Below, piece by piece: positions 37,682 to 54,185 of a DNA stretch of 64,000 nucleotides (its first letter is position 1; each line of letters opens with the position of its first letter). This DNA comes from Armatimonadota bacterium. Lineage in GTDB: Bacteria > Armatimonadota > SYMT01. A program made the translations under genes and the position numbers. The notes under the pieces are model-generated. The model was not told the origin of the DNA. It was given only the letters and a program-made list of their open reading frames with translations, and did no database searches. The DNA lies in the NCBI GenBank assembly GCA_041690135.1, contig JAWLHY010000013.1, positions 148,921 through 212,920 on the forward strand, in the 5' to 3' direction.

Positions 37682-39622
37682 GTGGACTTGATGGAGCGGC
37701 TTGCACAATACCGTTCGGAGGAAGCGAAGGTCCAATGGGAAGGCAACTTTGCCGAGTATTTCGATCTCGTCAAGGCCAACCCCCGGATCGCTCGGCTCTC
37801 CCACGGCCGGGTATTCGATATGATCATGGCCGCCGGGGTCGAGCGCCGCGGCGAGCAGGAGTTCCCGCACTACGAGTTCTTCGCCGACGAGCTGTTCGGG
37901 CTGGAAAAGCCTTTGCAGCAGATTGTCGAGTACTTCAATAGCGCGGCCCAGCGTCTCGAAGTCCGCAAGCGCATCCTCCTGTTGATGGGACCGGTGGGCG
38001 GCGGCAAATCGACCATCGTCAGCCTTCTCAAGCGGGGCCTGGAAGCCTACTCCCGCTCCGACAATGGGGCGGTGTATTCCATCCGGGGCTGCCCCATGCA
38101 CGAGGAGCCGCTCCACCTGGTGCCGGAAGTGATGCGACCGGACATGGAGAAGGAGTACGGGGTCTATATTGAAGGCGACCTCTGCCCGCACTGCCGTTTC
38201 TACCTGGAACGGGATGGGTCGGAAGTCAACAACCATCCGTTCGGACCGAACTTCCGACGGCTGCATTTCGAAGAAGTGCCGGTGAACCGGATCGTTCTCA
38301 GCGAGAAGCACCGGGTCGGAATCGGCACCTTCACCCCCAGCGATCCGAAGAGTCAGGACATCTCCGAACTGGTGGGCGGCATCGACCTCTCGACCATCGG
38401 TGAAGTCGGGGTGGAGTCCGATCCTCGCGCCTACCGCTTCGACGGGGAGTTGAACATCGCCAACCGCGGCTTGATGGAATTCATCGAAATGCTCAAGTGC
38501 GATGAGAAGTTCCTCTATGTGCTTCTCACCCTGTCGCAGGAGCAGAACATCAAAACCGGCCGGTTCTCGATGATCTACGCCGATGAGGTGGTCGTCTCGC
38601 ACACCAACGAGAACGAGTACACCAGCTTCGTTGGTAACCGGAAGAGCGAAGCCCTCCAGGACCGCATCATCCTGGTGAAGGTGCCCTACAACCTGCGGGT
38701 GAGTGAAGAAGTGCGGATCTACGAGAAGCTGCTCAGCCAGAGCAGCATTCTGCAGAACGTCCACATCGCGCCGCACACCCTGCGCGTAGCCAGCACGTTC
38801 GCCATCCTCACCCGGCTCGAGCCGCCCAAGAAGGCGGGAATGAGCCTGATGAAGAAGCTGCGTCTCTACGACGGCCAGGACGTGGAAGGGTTCACCACCA
38901 AGGACGTTCGCGAGTTGCAGGAGGAGACGGTCCGCGAGGGCATGGACGGCATCAGCCCGCGGTACGTCATCAACCAGCTCTCTCGCGCCCTGATCCAGGA
39001 AGGGGTGACCTATATCAGCCCGATCTCGGCCCTGCGGGCGCTGCGGGATGGTCTCGACCAGCACACCAGCATCACCAAGGCCGACCGGGAGCGTTACCTT
39101 AACCTGATCGACGAGACCCGCCGGGAGTACGACGACCTGGCGAAGCTGGAAGTCCAGCGGGCCTTCGTTTACAGCTTCGAAGAGAACGCGCGGACGCTGT
39201 TGAACAACTACCTCGACAACGTGGAAGCGTTCTGCAACCGGCAGAAGGTGCGCGATCCGATCACGGATGATGAGGTCGATCCGGATGAGAAGCTGATGCG
39301 TTCGATCGAAGAGCAGATCGGCATCACCGAGAATGCAAAGAAGACCTTCCGCGAAGAGATCCTGATCCGGATGGCCGCGATGGCTCGCAAAGGTCAGAAG
39401 TTCGAGTACCACAGCCACGACCGGCTGCGGGAGGCGATCGAGAAGAAGCTGTTTGCGGACCTGAAAGACGTGGTGAAGATCACGACTTCCACCAAGACGC
39501 CGGACGCCGAGCAGCTCCGAAAGATCAACGAGGTCGTCGATCGGTTGTGCAAGGAGCACGGGTACATCCCGGCCAGCGCCAACGAGTTGCTGCGCTACGT
39601 AGGCACGCTGCTCAACCGGTAG
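37682..39622 (+). CDS. prkA: PrkA/YeaG family serine kinase/AAA ATPase
   Basis: LMGPVGGGKS, CPMHEEPLHL, SQDISELVG, ANRGLMEFIEMLKC, EALQDR. Confidence 0.95.
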   Translation: MDLMERLAQYRSEEAKVQWEGNFAEYFDLVKANPRIARLSHGRVFDMIMAAGVERRGEQEFPHYEFFADELFGLEKPLQQIVEYFNSAAQRLEVRKRILLLMGPVGGGKSTIVSLLKRGLEAYSRSDNGAVYSIRGCPMHEEPLHLVPEVMRPDMEKEYGVYIEGDLCPHCRFYLERDGSEVNNHPFGPNFRRLHFEEVPVNRIVLSEKHRVGIGTFTPSDPKSQDISELVGGIDLSTIGEVGVESDPRAYRFDGELNIANRGLMEFIEMLKCDEKFLYVLLTLSQEQNIKTGRFSMIYADEVVVSHTNENEYTSFVGNRKSEALQDRIILVKVPYNLRVSEEVRIYEKLLSQSSILQNVHIAPHTLRVASTFAILTRLEPPKKAGMSLMKKLRLYDGQDVEGFTTKDVRELQEETVREGMDGISPRYVINQLSRALIQEGVTYISPISALRALRDGLDQHTSITKADRERYLNLIDETRREYDDLAKLEVQRAFVYSFEENARTLLNNYLDNVEAFCNRQKVRDPITDDEVDPDEKLMRSIEEQIGITENAKKTFREEILIRMAAMARKGQKFEYHSHDRLREAIEKKLFADLKDVVKITTSTKTPDAEQLRKINEVVDRLCKEHGYIPASANELLRYVGTLLNR

Positions 39623-39884
39623 ACGGTGGAAAGGAAGAACGGCGCGAGGGGGAAGAACGCCGCCCCTCGCGCCCTATAAAGACTTCCGTACAGACGCATG
39701 AAGTGCGTCTTAGAGCGCTGGTCTGGGTAACGGGGATTGGTGTTGCGCGAGTTCCCAGGCCGAGGTAGGCATCACGGATCCCGTATAACGCATTTCGCAT
39801 CACGAAGCAGTCACTACGCGTATCAAGCACCCGCCTGACAAAACCGGGTTCCAGATTACGCAATACGCAATACGCAAATCTCTT

Positions 39885-41042
39885 ATGGCAGTTGCATCGA
39901 TCTCACAGGCAGACTGGTCTCTCCATCGGAAGGGACACATCGACCAGAAGCGGCACCAGGAGAAGATCAAGGAGGCAATTAAGGAGAACCTCCATGAGAT
40001 CGTCAGCCGCGAGGACATCATCCTGTCCGACGGGAAGAAGGTGGTAAAAGTCCCCATCCGGTCGCTGGAGCAATACAAGTTCCGCTTCGACCAGAACAAG
40101 GGCGAAGGCGTAGGGCAAGGCCAGGGCGGCACTAAAGTCGGCGACGTCATCGGTCGAGCCCCTTCCGAAGGGCAGGGCCAGGGTCAGGGTCAGGGTCAGG
40201 CCGGTGATCAGCCCGGTGGCGACTACTACGAAGCCGAGGTCAACATCGAGGAACTGGCTGCTCTGATCTTCGAGGACCTGGGCCTGCCGAACCTGGAAGA
40301 GAAGCGCAACCAGCAACTCGAGGCCGAGAGCGTTACGTTCAAGGACATCCGCCGGACCGGAATCATGTCCAACCTGGACAAGCGGCGGACCATCAAGGAG
40401 AACATCAAGCGGAACGCCAAGCTTGGCGCTGCGAGATTTCAGAACGTGCGGAACGAAGACCTGCGCTTCAAGACCTGGGACCCCGAGATCCGGCACGAGT
40501 CGAACGCCGTCGTCATTGCGATGATGGACGTTTCCGGGTCCATGGGTGAGTTCGAGAAGTATATCGCCCGCAGCTTCTACTTCTGGATGGTCCGCTTCCT
40601 GCGCACGAAATACAACAACGTCGAGATCGTCTTCATCTCGCACCACACGGAAGCGAAGATCGTCTCCGAAGAGGAGTTCTTCACCAAGGGTGAAAGCGGC
40701 GGCACCCGGGTGTCGAGCGCCTACCAGCTGGCTTACGAGGTGATCCAGCAGAAGTACGCTCCATCGGACTGGAATATCTATCCGTTCCACTTCTCCGATG
40801 GCGACAACATGTTCAGCGACAACCGTCTCTGTGTGGAGCTGGTGAAGCAACTCCTGGAAGTCTGCAACCTTTTCGGCTATGGGCAGATCAAGCAGGGCTG
40901 GTATCCGGCGGGCACCCTGATGAGCGTCTACAGCCAGGAGATCGATCACGATAAGTTCGTGGCCGTTACCATTGAGGACAAAGAGGACGTTTATCCGGCA
41001 CTCCGAAAGTTCTTCGCCATCCGCCAGCCGGTAGAGGCCTGA
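39885..41042 (+). CDS. yeaH: YeaH/YhbH (DUF444) vWA-like protein
   Basis: DWSLHRKG..DQ.RHQEK, GQGQG linker, MMDVSGSM, GESGGT, FHFSDGDN. Confidence 0.93.
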   Translation: MAVASISQADWSLHRKGHIDQKRHQEKIKEAIKENLHEIVSREDIILSDGKKVVKVPIRSLEQYKFRFDQNKGEGVGQGQGGTKVGDVIGRAPSEGQGQGQGQGQAGDQPGGDYYEAEVNIEELAALIFEDLGLPNLEEKRNQQLEAESVTFKDIRRTGIMSNLDKRRTIKENIKRNAKLGAARFQNVRNEDLRFKTWDPEIRHESNAVVIAMMDVSGSMGEFEKYIARSFYFWMVRFLRTKYNNVEIVFISHHTEAKIVSEEEFFTKGESGGTRVSSAYQLAYEVIQQKYAPSDWNIYPFHFSDGDNMFSDNRLCVELVKQLLEVCNLFGYGQIKQGWYPAGTLMSVYSQEIDHDKFVAVTIEDKEDVYPALRKFFAIRQPVEA

Positions 41043-41046
41043 CCTT

Positions 41047-42498
<1,452 letters not shown>

Positions 42499-42527
42499 TC
42501 CGACCGCCCACCAGGGGATCGAGTGAA

Positions 42528-42572
42528 GGGAAAGGAGGGTGGATGTCGAACGGACATCCACCCTCCTTTCCC
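42528..42572. other. Perfect 20-bp stem-loop
   Basis: GGGAAAGGAGGGTGGATGTC-GAACG-GACATCCACCCTCCTTTCCC. Confidence 0.8.
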
Positions 42573-42584
42573 AATACAAACCCG

Positions 42585-44297
42585 ATGGCCTTCTTCGTTC
42601 AACTACGGGCGTTCCTGCTCTCTAGAGATGGGCAGGGATACCCTGCTTATAAGCGCCTCGACCGGCGATACCAGTTTGATCGATTTGAGCTATTCATCGA
42701 TCACGTCCAGGGTGACCCGTTCGCCGAGCCGAGCCGGCTTCGAGTGAGCCTCTCCTCATCCGCCGCGGGCCTGCCGCCGGAGTACCTCGTCTCGGAGGCG
42801 CGGCGCAGGGCCGTGGCCGATTTCCTCAACCGGGCCTTTCTCGCGGCTTTGGAATCCCGGGAACGGGTTCGCGGTAGCGGGAAGAGCGGTGAGCTACGGG
42901 TCCTACGCCCGGGACAGGAGGTGTTGGCGAGAACCTCTGTCCTGGTCTTTCCGGACGGTGCGGTGGAAGCACGGTTCCGCGCCGGACTACCGGCCCGAGG
43001 ACGCACGATTCTGGGCCAAGAAGCAGCGCGCTTGCTCTGCGAGGACATTCCCGCGGCGGTCGATGCGGCGCTTTTGTACTCCAGCCTCGATCCCGCCGCG
43101 CTGCGGATCCACTTGGAGACCGTGGAGGACGCCCGCGCGCTCCGGGATCAACTGGCGGAGCGCGGCCTGGTGGCGTTCGTCGCGGACGGCGCCAACCTGC
43201 CGCGGCGGTCGGGCGTCGATGACCGCCCGCTGGCGGCGGACCGGTCCGTAACCTTCAGATCGCCGAAGAGTCTCCGGGTAACGCTGCGGGTACCCAACGC
43301 GGGCGATGTGACCGGTATGGGGATCCCGGCCGGCGTCACGCTGCTGGTCGGCGGCGGCTTTCATGGCAAGTCGACCCTCCTCCGGGCCATCGAGCGAGGA
43401 GTTTACGACCACGTTCCGGGAGACGGGCGGGAGAAGGTGGTGACGATCCCGTCCGCGGTCAAGGTCCGCGCCGAGGACGGGCGACGCGTAGCGGGGACCG
43501 ACATCTCCAATTTCATCAACCACCTGCCCGGCAATGAGGATACCCGGCACTTCTACACGGAGAACGCCTCCGGCTCCACTTCACAGGCGGCTTCCATCGC
43601 CGAGGCGCTGGAGCTCGGTACGGGCTGCCTGCTGCTGGACGAGGATACCAGCGCGACGAACCTGCTGATCCGGGACGCCCGGGTCCAGGCCCTGGTGGCG
43701 CGCGAGCACGAACCGATAACGCCCTTTATCGACCGCGTCCGCCAACTCCACCAACTCCACGGAGTTTCCACCATTATGGTGGTGGGTGGCGCGGGCGACT
43801 ACTTCGACGTGGCCGACACGGTGATTGCCATGCGGGAGTATTATCCCTACGAGGTGACGGCGGAAGCCCGCGAGGTCGCGCGCCGGTTCCCCACCCAGCG
43901 CCGCAGCGAGGCGGACCCGTGGCGACCGCTTGCCGAGCGGATCCCGCAGCCCGAGTCAATCGACCCGAGCCGGGGCCGACACGACGTGAAGGTCCAGGCC
44001 CGCGGAACCGAGCGCGTGCGGTTCGGCGAAGAAGACATCGATCTCTCGGCGGTGGAGCAGTTGGTGGAGACGGCACAGGCGCGGGCCATTGCGCACGCCC
44101 TCGCCTGGGGACGCGGCCGCTTCCTGGACGGCCATCGTCCTCTGCGGGACGCGCTGGAAGCCATGATGGAAGTCATCGAGGAGCAGGGTCTCGACGCCAT
44201 CGACGACCGCCGGATGGGCGAGTACGCCGCATTCCGCCTTTACGAGTTGGGGGCAGCCCTCAACCGCCTGAGGTCGCTGCGGGTGGGTCGCGCCTGA
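42585..44297 (+). CDS. Predicted ATPase of the ABC class (ABC_ATPase family); alternative start at 42543
   Basis: DHVQGDPFA.PS, LPARGR, LPRRSG, GGGFHGKST, VRAEDGR, NASGSTSQAA, LLLDEDTSATN. Confidence 0.88.
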   Translation: MAFFVQLRAFLLSRDGQGYPAYKRLDRRYQFDRFELFIDHVQGDPFAEPSRLRVSLSSSAAGLPPEYLVSEARRRAVADFLNRAFLAALESRERVRGSGKSGELRVLRPGQEVLARTSVLVFPDGAVEARFRAGLPARGRTILGQEAARLLCEDIPAAVDAALLYSSLDPAALRIHLETVEDARALRDQLAERGLVAFVADGANLPRRSGVDDRPLAADRSVTFRSPKSLRVTLRVPNAGDVTGMGIPAGVTLLVGGGFHGKSTLLRAIERGVYDHVPGDGREKVVTIPSAVKVRAEDGRRVAGTDISNFINHLPGNEDTRHFYTENASGSTSQAASIAEALELGTGCLLLDEDTSATNLLIRDARVQALVAREHEPITPFIDRVRQLHQLHGVSTIMVVGGAGDYFDVADTVIAMREYYPYEVTAEAREVARRFPTQRRSEADPWRPLAERIPQPESIDPSRGRHDVKVQARGTERVRFGEEDIDLSAVEQLVETAQARAIAHALAWGRGRFLDGHRPLRDALEAMMEVIEEQGLDAIDDRRMGEYAAFRLYELGAALNRLRSLRVGRA

Positions 44298-44388
44298 AGG
44301 GGTGGCGGCAGGTCAAGGAAGGTCGAGGGCGGAAGGCGAACTGTGCGGGGGCGTGACCGGTGGTCCGCCCGAGGAGAATTCAGCACAG

Positions 44389-45711
44389 ATGTCCGATCCG
44401 ATCCTTCAACCGCAAGAGATCGAGGCCGCCGTGAACGCGGCGCTCCGCGAGCAGCCGATCATCGATCTCCACACGCATACTTATCCCCCCTCGTTCGGTA
44501 CGCCGGTGGCGAATGCGACCGGCCAGGTTGATCCCCGCGGGCTGATGCTCTGGGGCGTGGACGAGCTCCTGACCTACCACTACCTCGTGGCCGAGGTCTA
44601 CCGCGTCGTGCCGCCGAGCCGCCTCCCCTACGAGCAGTTCTGGCAGATGTCCCGCCGTGAGCAGGCGGACCACATCTGGAAGAACCTCTTCCTGGAGCGC
44701 ACTCCGGTCTCCGAAGCGTGCCGGGGCGTGGTGACCTGCCTCAACCGGCTGGGCTTCGATCCTTCCACCGACAGCCTGGACCAGATTCGCCGCGCCCAGG
44801 CGGAGCAGGACCCGAGCCAGTTCGTCGACCGCCTGATGGAGCTATCCGGCGTCGAAAAGATCACGATGACCAATGAGGTCTTCGATGACAACGAGCGCAA
44901 CCGGTGGCTGTCAGACCCGAACGTGGGTTCCGATCCGCGGTTCAGCGCGGTGCTTCGCATCGATGCCATGTTGCTCGACTGGGCCAACACCGCCGGCAAG
45001 CTCCACGGGTGGGGGTATGACGTCTCGGGCGACCTCACGGACCGGACGGTGGAAGAAGGACAGCGCTTCCTGCGGGAATGGCTGGACCGGATGAAGGCGA
45101 TCTACATCGCGGTAAGCCTTCCCCCGGAGTTCGCCTACCCGGCGGTCGGGGACGATGCCGGAAGCTGCGCGGGCCAGGCAGTGTTGGAGCGCATCGTCCT
45201 CCCCGTGTGCGCGGAGCGAGGCATTCCGTTTGCGATGATGATCGGCGCGCGCCGCGCGGTGAACCCTGCCTTGAAGGGCGCGGGCGACATGGGCGGCATG
45301 GCGGACGTGCAGTCGGTGGCCCGGCTCTGCAACGCTTTCCCGGACAATAAGTTCATGGTGACCATGCTCGCGCGGGAGAACCAGCACGAGCTAGTGGTGA
45401 CCGCGCGGAAGTTCGGCAACCTGATGGTGTTCGGCTGCTGGTGGTTCATGAACAACCCGTCAATCATCGAGGAGATCACCCGGATGCGCATGGAGATGCT
45501 GGGGACGAGCTTCATCCCGCAGCACTCCGACGCACGCATTCTGGATCAGCTCCTGTACAAGTGGGACCACAGCCGCATGGTGATCGGCAAGGTGCTCACG
45601 GACAAGTACCAGGATCTCGTGACCGCGGGCTGGAAGCTCAAGCAGTCCGAAGTGCGCCGCGACGTGCGCCTCCTGGTGCGCGACAACTTCCTGGACTTTC
45701 TTGCCCGTTAG
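44389..45711 (+). CDS. uxaC: Uronate (glucuronate) isomerase, amidohydrolase fold, BH0493-like
   Basis: IDLHTH, LLTYHYL, PVSEACRG, GCWWF, PQHSDAR; GAGGAG RBS. Confidence 0.85.
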   Translation: MSDPILQPQEIEAAVNAALREQPIIDLHTHTYPPSFGTPVANATGQVDPRGLMLWGVDELLTYHYLVAEVYRVVPPSRLPYEQFWQMSRREQADHIWKNLFLERTPVSEACRGVVTCLNRLGFDPSTDSLDQIRRAQAEQDPSQFVDRLMELSGVEKITMTNEVFDDNERNRWLSDPNVGSDPRFSAVLRIDAMLLDWANTAGKLHGWGYDVSGDLTDRTVEEGQRFLREWLDRMKAIYIAVSLPPEFAYPAVGDDAGSCAGQAVLERIVLPVCAERGIPFAMMIGARRAVNPALKGAGDMGGMADVQSVARLCNAFPDNKFMVTMLARENQHELVVTARKFGNLMVFGCWWFMNNPSIIEEITRMRMEMLGTSFIPQHSDARILDQLLYKWDHSRMVIGKVLTDKYQDLVTAGWKLKQSEVRRDVRLLVRDNFLDFLAR

Positions 45712-45813
45712 GGGACTGGGGGGAAGTATCTGAACAGGATCAGATTCGCCTGCCCTCGGAACACGTCCGGCGTGGGTCAGGTCCCGACCGGCGAGCCTGC
45801 GAAAGTGGAACAT

Positions 45814-45961
45814 GTAGGGAACGTCTCGCCGCAGCGTTCCGCCGTCCTTGGGCTGATCCTGTCCTGACTACTCGTAACCGTCCCGTGACAGGAAGGGTCC
45901 GGTTTGGCCCAACGGGATCAACAAAAGTACCTGCGGAATGGAACGGCGTCACATTCCCTAC
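45814..45961. repeat. REP/BIME-like element, copy 2 (inverted relative to 8916-9078)
   Basis: GTAGGGAACGTCTCGCC ... CCTGCGGAATGGAACGGCGTCACATTCCCTAC. Confidence 0.75.
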
Positions 45962-46375
45962 AGACGCCGCCTCTCACGGCCGGCGTTGGCTCGATGACCC
46001 TTCTTGGTGGTTGCGATACCGCACTCGGAAAACTGCTTCGATTTGCCGGACGCACCCCTCAACGTTCGATAGCGCGCAGCAGGGAGTGCAGTGTGGCCTG
46101 GCTGCGGTCAGGCGGCGCGGATGCCTTCCCACAGCTCGGCGGGGACGAACTGCGAAAGGTGACCCACGTTGGTGGTAGCCACGACCAGTTCCCCCGCCGG
46201 GATCTCCAAAGGACTCTAAGGCTTGCGAACTCACTGACGACGCCTACTCTGCGCAGTGCCCCTCTCAGTGTTTGCGGTTCGTCAGGGCACGGGTGCCAGG
46301 TCCCTCGTCGCGAATGCGGACAGCGCTAAAGCGCTTGACTACAAGCCAGGGGTTCCCGTTCACCGTAGGCGGATT

Positions 46376-48136
46376 CTACTCTTTGGCTACTAGTTTGCTC
46401 GGTTTCCAACCGAGCCGGATTGCCTGTGCCTCGATACGGGTGCCGGCCTGAACCGGAAATGGCTCCGTGTAAAGCTGCCACGGGCCTGTGCCGTCGAGCC
46501 GGAAGGCGAGGGAGGCCCCCTCGGTCGGACAGGTGATCGTCGCTTTTCCCTCGGAAACACGGACCACCGGATCGGCGGTGGTGGGCTGGCGACCGTCCGG
46601 CGGCCAGAGCTTCTTGATCAGCTCCGTCTCGGGGATCCGACCCAGGTCGCCGTATTTCGCGGTCCAAGCTTCGTGGGCGCTCCGCAGCTCCGCGAGCTTT
46701 TCTCGATGTTTCGGGTCGGCGGCCAGGTTCCGGATTTCGTAGGGATCCGCTTCGGTGTCATAGAGCTCTTCCTGCGGCTTTCGCTGCGCGGAGAACTGCC
46801 ATTGGTCCGGTCCCAGCTTCCCCTCGCGGGCGAGCTGCTTGATTTCGCGCTGGATCTCCTGCTGGTCTTCGTAGGGGATGAAGCCGATGTAGGGCAACTC
46901 CGGGCGGTAGTTGCGGACGTACTTGAACCGCCGGTCCCGCACGGCGCGGATCGTCTCGGGAGCGGGGTCCATCCGGTCCCGGCAGGCGTAGACGTACTTC
47001 CGGGGCGCGGCCTTGCGCGGGCCCAGGAATGGCTGTCCCTGCAGGTGCGCGGGGACCGGCAGCCCGGCCAGGGACAACATCGAGGGGGCGAAATCGACGA
47101 AACTGACCAGGTCCCCGTTGGTCGTGCCCGCCTCGGCCGGCTTTTGCGCGCCGGGCCAGCGGACGATCAGCGGGACCCGGGTCCCCGAGTCAAGCACCCA
47201 GCGCTTGTGCCGGGGAAGCCCATCGCCATGGTCGCTGAAGAAGAACACGACCGTCTTCTCCAGAAGCCGGTCCTCTTCGAGTTGCTTGAGGATCTCCCCC
47301 ACCCAACGATCCATCGCGGCGATGTTGTCGTAGTGGCGGGCCAGGTCGCGGCGGACGGTGGGGGTGTCCGGATAGTAGGGCGGCAGCTTCAAGCCGGCGG
47401 GGTCCGTCACCTGGGGCGACGTTTGCTTGAAGATCTGGCTCTCGTGAGTCTTGTTGCTGTTGAAGACGGCGAAGAACGGCTTGTCCGGCTGGGGCCGGTT
47501 GCGCCAGTGCGCCTTGCCGCTGTTATCGTCCCAGGCGGTGATCGGGGGCTTGAACTGGTAGTCCGTCTTCGAGTTGTTGGTGCAGTAGTAGCCGGCGGCG
47601 CGGAAATACTCCGTGAAGCACTTCACCTGGGGCGGCGGGGTCGCCTCGTACGTCGGGATTTTGAGGAGCTCCGGGTCCTTGATCATGGAGAGCGCCGACG
47701 TGCGGGACATCGTCCGCATGTGCATCGCTCCCGTGCTGGTGGGATACATCCCGGTAATCAGCGTGTGGCGGCTTGGCGCGCACACGCCGTAGGTGGAGAA
47801 GGCGCGGGTGAACCGGACCCCTTCTCGCGCGAGGCGGTCGATGTTGGGAGTGGGGACCGTCCGATCACCGTAGCAGCCGAGCCGGGGACTCATGTCCTCC
47901 ACGGTGATCCAGACGATGTTGGGACGGTCCGGCGGCGCCGATTGCGCCGATCCGCCTCCCGCGCACGCGGCAATGGCCAGCGCCGCGCCTAAACAGAACC
48001 GCGGAATTGAGGAACCATTTTTGCCCGCGGAACACACGGAATTGCGCGGAAGGAAACGGAAGAAGGAAGGTCGCGAATAACCCAGAAGGGCCGAGTCTTC
48101 TGGGGTGCTGTTTAGAAGGTCAACTACTCTCATCAT
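46376..48136 (-). CDS. Cys-type (formylglycine) sulfatase; start uncertain
   Basis: [38 protein letters not shown]. Confidence 0.92.
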   Translation of the reverse strand: MMRVVDLLNSTPEDSALLGYSRPSFFRFLPRNSVCSAGKNGSSIPRFCLGAALAIAACAGGGSAQSAPPDRPNIVWITVEDMSPRLGCYGDRTVPTPNIDRLAREGVRFTRAFSTYGVCAPSRHTLITGMYPTSTGAMHMRTMSRTSALSMIKDPELLKIPTYEATPPPQVKCFTEYFRAAGYYCTNNSKTDYQFKPPITAWDDNSGKAHWRNRPQPDKPFFAVFNSNKTHESQIFKQTSPQVTDPAGLKLPPYYPDTPTVRRDLARHYDNIAAMDRWVGEILKQLEEDRLLEKTVVFFFSDHGDGLPRHKRWVLDSGTRVPLIVRWPGAQKPAEAGTTNGDLVSFVDFAPSMLSLAGLPVPAHLQGQPFLGPRKAAPRKYVYACRDRMDPAPETIRAVRDRRFKYVRNYRPELPYIGFIPYEDQQEIQREIKQLAREGKLGPDQWQFSAQRKPQEELYDTEADPYEIRNLAADPKHREKLAELRSAHEAWTAKYGDLGRIPETELIKKLWPPDGRQPTTADPVVRVSEGKATITCPTEGASLAFRLDGTGPWQLYTEPFPVQAGTRIEAQAIRLGWKPSKLVAKE

Positions 48137-49731
48137 GGCTTGCGATCGAGGGGTTCTTTCTCGAAGTCCGTCTCCTCGACCCAGCCGGCTCGCAGCTTCT
48201 CACCCCGCATGTACCGCTCGTAGAAGCCCTTGCCGCTGGCATCCGCGTAGGGGTACTGGTCGAAGATCGAGCCCTGTCCCAGCATCCGGGGATCTCCCTG
48301 CGCCTTCAACTCGCGGAAGAGCTGCTCCTTCAGGGCGGTCTTCCGCTTTCCATGGTCACCGGACGCGGCCAGGTTGCGGACGCAGTCCGGATCGCTGGCG
48401 ATGTCGTACAGCTCTTCCTGGGGTCGCTTGCCGAAGCAGAGATCCCAGTGCGCGTCCTTCCCCTTCTCGCGGCGGGCGTTCAGGATGAAGGTCTTGGTTG
48501 CCCCACCGTCGCAGTTCAGGTAGCCCGTTTCGGGGTTGCCCGCCGGCCAGCGGGAAGTCTCGAAGTTGTGGACGTAGAGTGATCCGTTCTTCACGATGCC
48601 GCGGATCGGGTAGCCCCAGTCCTGTGGACGGCCGATGTCGTGCCGCTCCTTGCCGATGAGCACGCGATCTCGCTTGCGCTCGACCCGGCCCTGCTTCTCC
48701 GTACGGAACAGAGAGGTGAGGCTCACACCCGGCGAAGGATCCATGCCGGTCTGGTCCCACTTCAGGCCGGCCGATTGCACCAGCGTTGGCGCCAGGTCGA
48801 CGAAGCTGATGTAGTCCTCGATGATGCGTCCGGGGTTCTTGACCTGCTTCCCCCACATCACCGCCAGGGGAATGTGGTTGGAGTGCTCGTAAGCCTGCCC
48901 CTTCACCCGCGGGAACGGCATCCCATGATCCGCCGTGACGATGACAATCGTGTTGTCCAGCTCGCCGCGCTTCTCCACCTGCTCCAGCATCCGGCCCAGG
49001 TGGCGGTCGAAGTGCTCCACCTCGTAGGCGTAGTCGAGCATGTCGTTCCGGACCACCTCGTTATCCGGCCAGTACGCCGGCACCCGGTCCACGTCTGTCA
49101 CCTTCTTGCCGCCCTTGGCCACGCCGCTGCCGTACTCGTAGCCGCGATGAGGCTCGAGGGAGCCGTACCAGAAGCACCAGGGACGACCCTTCGGGCTTTC
49201 CGCGAGGAAGTCCTCGAAGTTGCCCGCATAGTCGTTGTTGCTGATCCCCTTCGCGGGAGAGGGAGCGGTCCGCTTTCCGAACGGCTTCCCGGCCAACTGC
49301 CGGGGGCGGCCGTCCGCATCCCGAGCCACGCCGGGGCCCCAGCCCTTCCCCGTCACCCCCACGAAGTAGCCGCTCTCCCCCAGGGCCTCCGGGTAGGTCT
49401 TGAACTCCTGCGGGAAGTAGCACCAGTGGTTGGCGGCTTCCTTAAGCTGCCAGGAATTCCGGCCCGTAAGGATGGCGGCGCGGGAAGGCGCGCACTTCGC
49501 GTTGGGGGTGTAGGCGCGTGTGAAGAGGATCCCGTTCTTCGCCACCCGATCGAAAGCGGGCGTCTTCACCCACTTGCAGCCGTACGCCCCGGCGTGCCCG
49601 AACGACCAGTCGTCGGCAATGGCGTAAAGGATGTTGGGGCGCTCGGTAGCGCCGATGGCGGCCGGCGCCGTGGTAGAGGCCACGACTCCGAGAGACAGAA
49701 GGACGGTCAGGGTAGAGAGAGTTCGTCTCAT
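48133..49731 (-). CDS. Cys-type sulfatase (sulfamidase-like)
   Basis: Signal peptide, [32 protein letters not shown]. Confidence 0.93.
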   Translation of the reverse strand: MRRTLSTLTVLLSLGVVASTTAPAAIGATERPNILYAIADDWSFGHAGAYGCKWVKTPAFDRVAKNGILFTRAYTPNAKCAPSRAAILTGRNSWQLKEAANHWCYFPQEFKTYPEALGESGYFVGVTGKGWGPGVARDADGRPRQLAGKPFGKRTAPSPAKGISNNDYAGNFEDFLAESPKGRPWCFWYGSLEPHRGYEYGSGVAKGGKKVTDVDRVPAYWPDNEVVRNDMLDYAYEVEHFDRHLGRMLEQVEKRGELDNTIVIVTADHGMPFPRVKGQAYEHSNHIPLAVMWGKQVKNPGRIIEDYISFVDLAPTLVQSAGLKWDQTGMDPSPGVSLTSLFRTEKQGRVERKRDRVLIGKERHDIGRPQDWGYPIRGIVKNGSLYVHNFETSRWPAGNPETGYLNCDGGATKTFILNARREKGKDAHWDLCFGKRPQEELYDIASDPDCVRNLAASGDHGKRKTALKEQLFRELKAQGDPRMLGQGSIFDQYPYADASGKGFYERYMRGEKLRAGWVEETDFEKEPLDRKP

Positions 49732-49741
49732 CAGAGCTCGC

Positions 49742-50443
49742 TTAGAGGTGTTCCAGCACGATGTTGCGGTACCAGAGCTCCGCGCCTTCGGACTGCAGGT
49801 TGATCTTGCCCTTCGTGAGGCTGGCATTCTTGCCCTTCATGTTGAGCTTGCCGTTGACCCAATGCTCGATCTCCGGGCCGCGCGCCACCACCACCGTGGT
49901 GTTCCACTCCCCATGGGGCTTCTCGTGGTCGGAGAACTTCACCACGCGCCCGCCCGTGTAGCTTTTGCCGTTGACTTCCAGGCTGGGCTTTACGCCGCCC
50001 ACCCCGGGGACCAGCCACATGTCGCCCGTGTCTCCTTCCTGGATCTGCAGCTCCAGCGAGTGGTTCCACACCTTATCGGGCCCCTGGCAGTAGTAGAGGA
50101 TGCCGGCATCACGCTTGGCGTTCTCTCGCGGCGGCCACTTCTTCGTGCCCCACTTGAACTCCACGGTCAGCCGGAAGTTCTCGTACTCCTTCTCCGTGCT
50201 CAGGAACCCGAACTTCTCGCCGCTGACGTGGATGGTGCCATCCTCCACCTTGAAGATGCCCAGGGTGTCGTTGTTCTTGCCGAGGTCCCGGATGTAGGTG
50301 TACCAGCCGTCGAAGTTCTTGCCGTTGAACAGCACCTCCTTCTTACCGCTCTGGGCGGCCGATGGGCAGCTCGGTCCCCCGATCAGAAGGGCGGCCGCGG
50401 CAACCGTGAGGAGGCCGGCGCCTATGCGGATACAGGTCTTCAT
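49742..50443 (-). CDS. DUF1080 (3-keto-disaccharide hydrolase-like) protein
   Basis: [38 protein letters not shown]. Confidence 0.9.
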   Translation of the reverse strand: MKTCIRIGAGLLTVAAAALLIGGPSCPSAAQSGKKEVLFNGKNFDGWYTYIRDLGKNNDTLGIFKVEDGTIHVSGEKFGFLSTEKEYENFRLTVEFKWGTKKWPPRENAKRDAGILYYCQGPDKVWNHSLELQIQEGDTGDMWLVPGVGGVKPSLEVNGKSYTGGRVVKFSDHEKPHGEWNTTVVVARGPEIEHWVNGKLNMKGKNASLTKGKINLQSEGAELWYRNIVLEHL

Positions 50444-50477
50444 CGAACCTTCATCCTTTCCGTTTCAGGGGGAGGGA

Positions 50478-54011
<3,534 letters not shown>

Positions 54012-54066
54012 CCTTCGCCTCTTCCAATTCCCAGATTAAAATCCGCGACTGCCTGACCGATCTTTT

Positions 54067-54116
54067 CCCCGGATTGAAATCCGGGGCTGGCTGACCGAAG
54101 TCCGCCGTCGCGGACT
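54067..54116. repeat. REP-like double hairpin; a related inverted copy lies inside the CDS at 53232-53300
   Basis: CCCCGGATTGAAATCCGGGG plus AGTCCGCCGTCGCGGACT. Confidence 0.7.
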
Positions 54117-54185
54117 GTTTGATCGACGTCCATCCACCTTTCCGGAGCCTCGCCATTCCTGCAGCCAGCGGCAAACCACTGTCCA

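Noticed and set aside
37451-39559. 702-aa antisense ORF, and similar long shadow ORFs at 3048-4715, 6472-8973, 31749-33302, 51501-53261 and 60404-63166
   Set aside because: They lie opposite well-supported genes and show no recognisable motifs; such ORFs are expected from high GC3 codon bias
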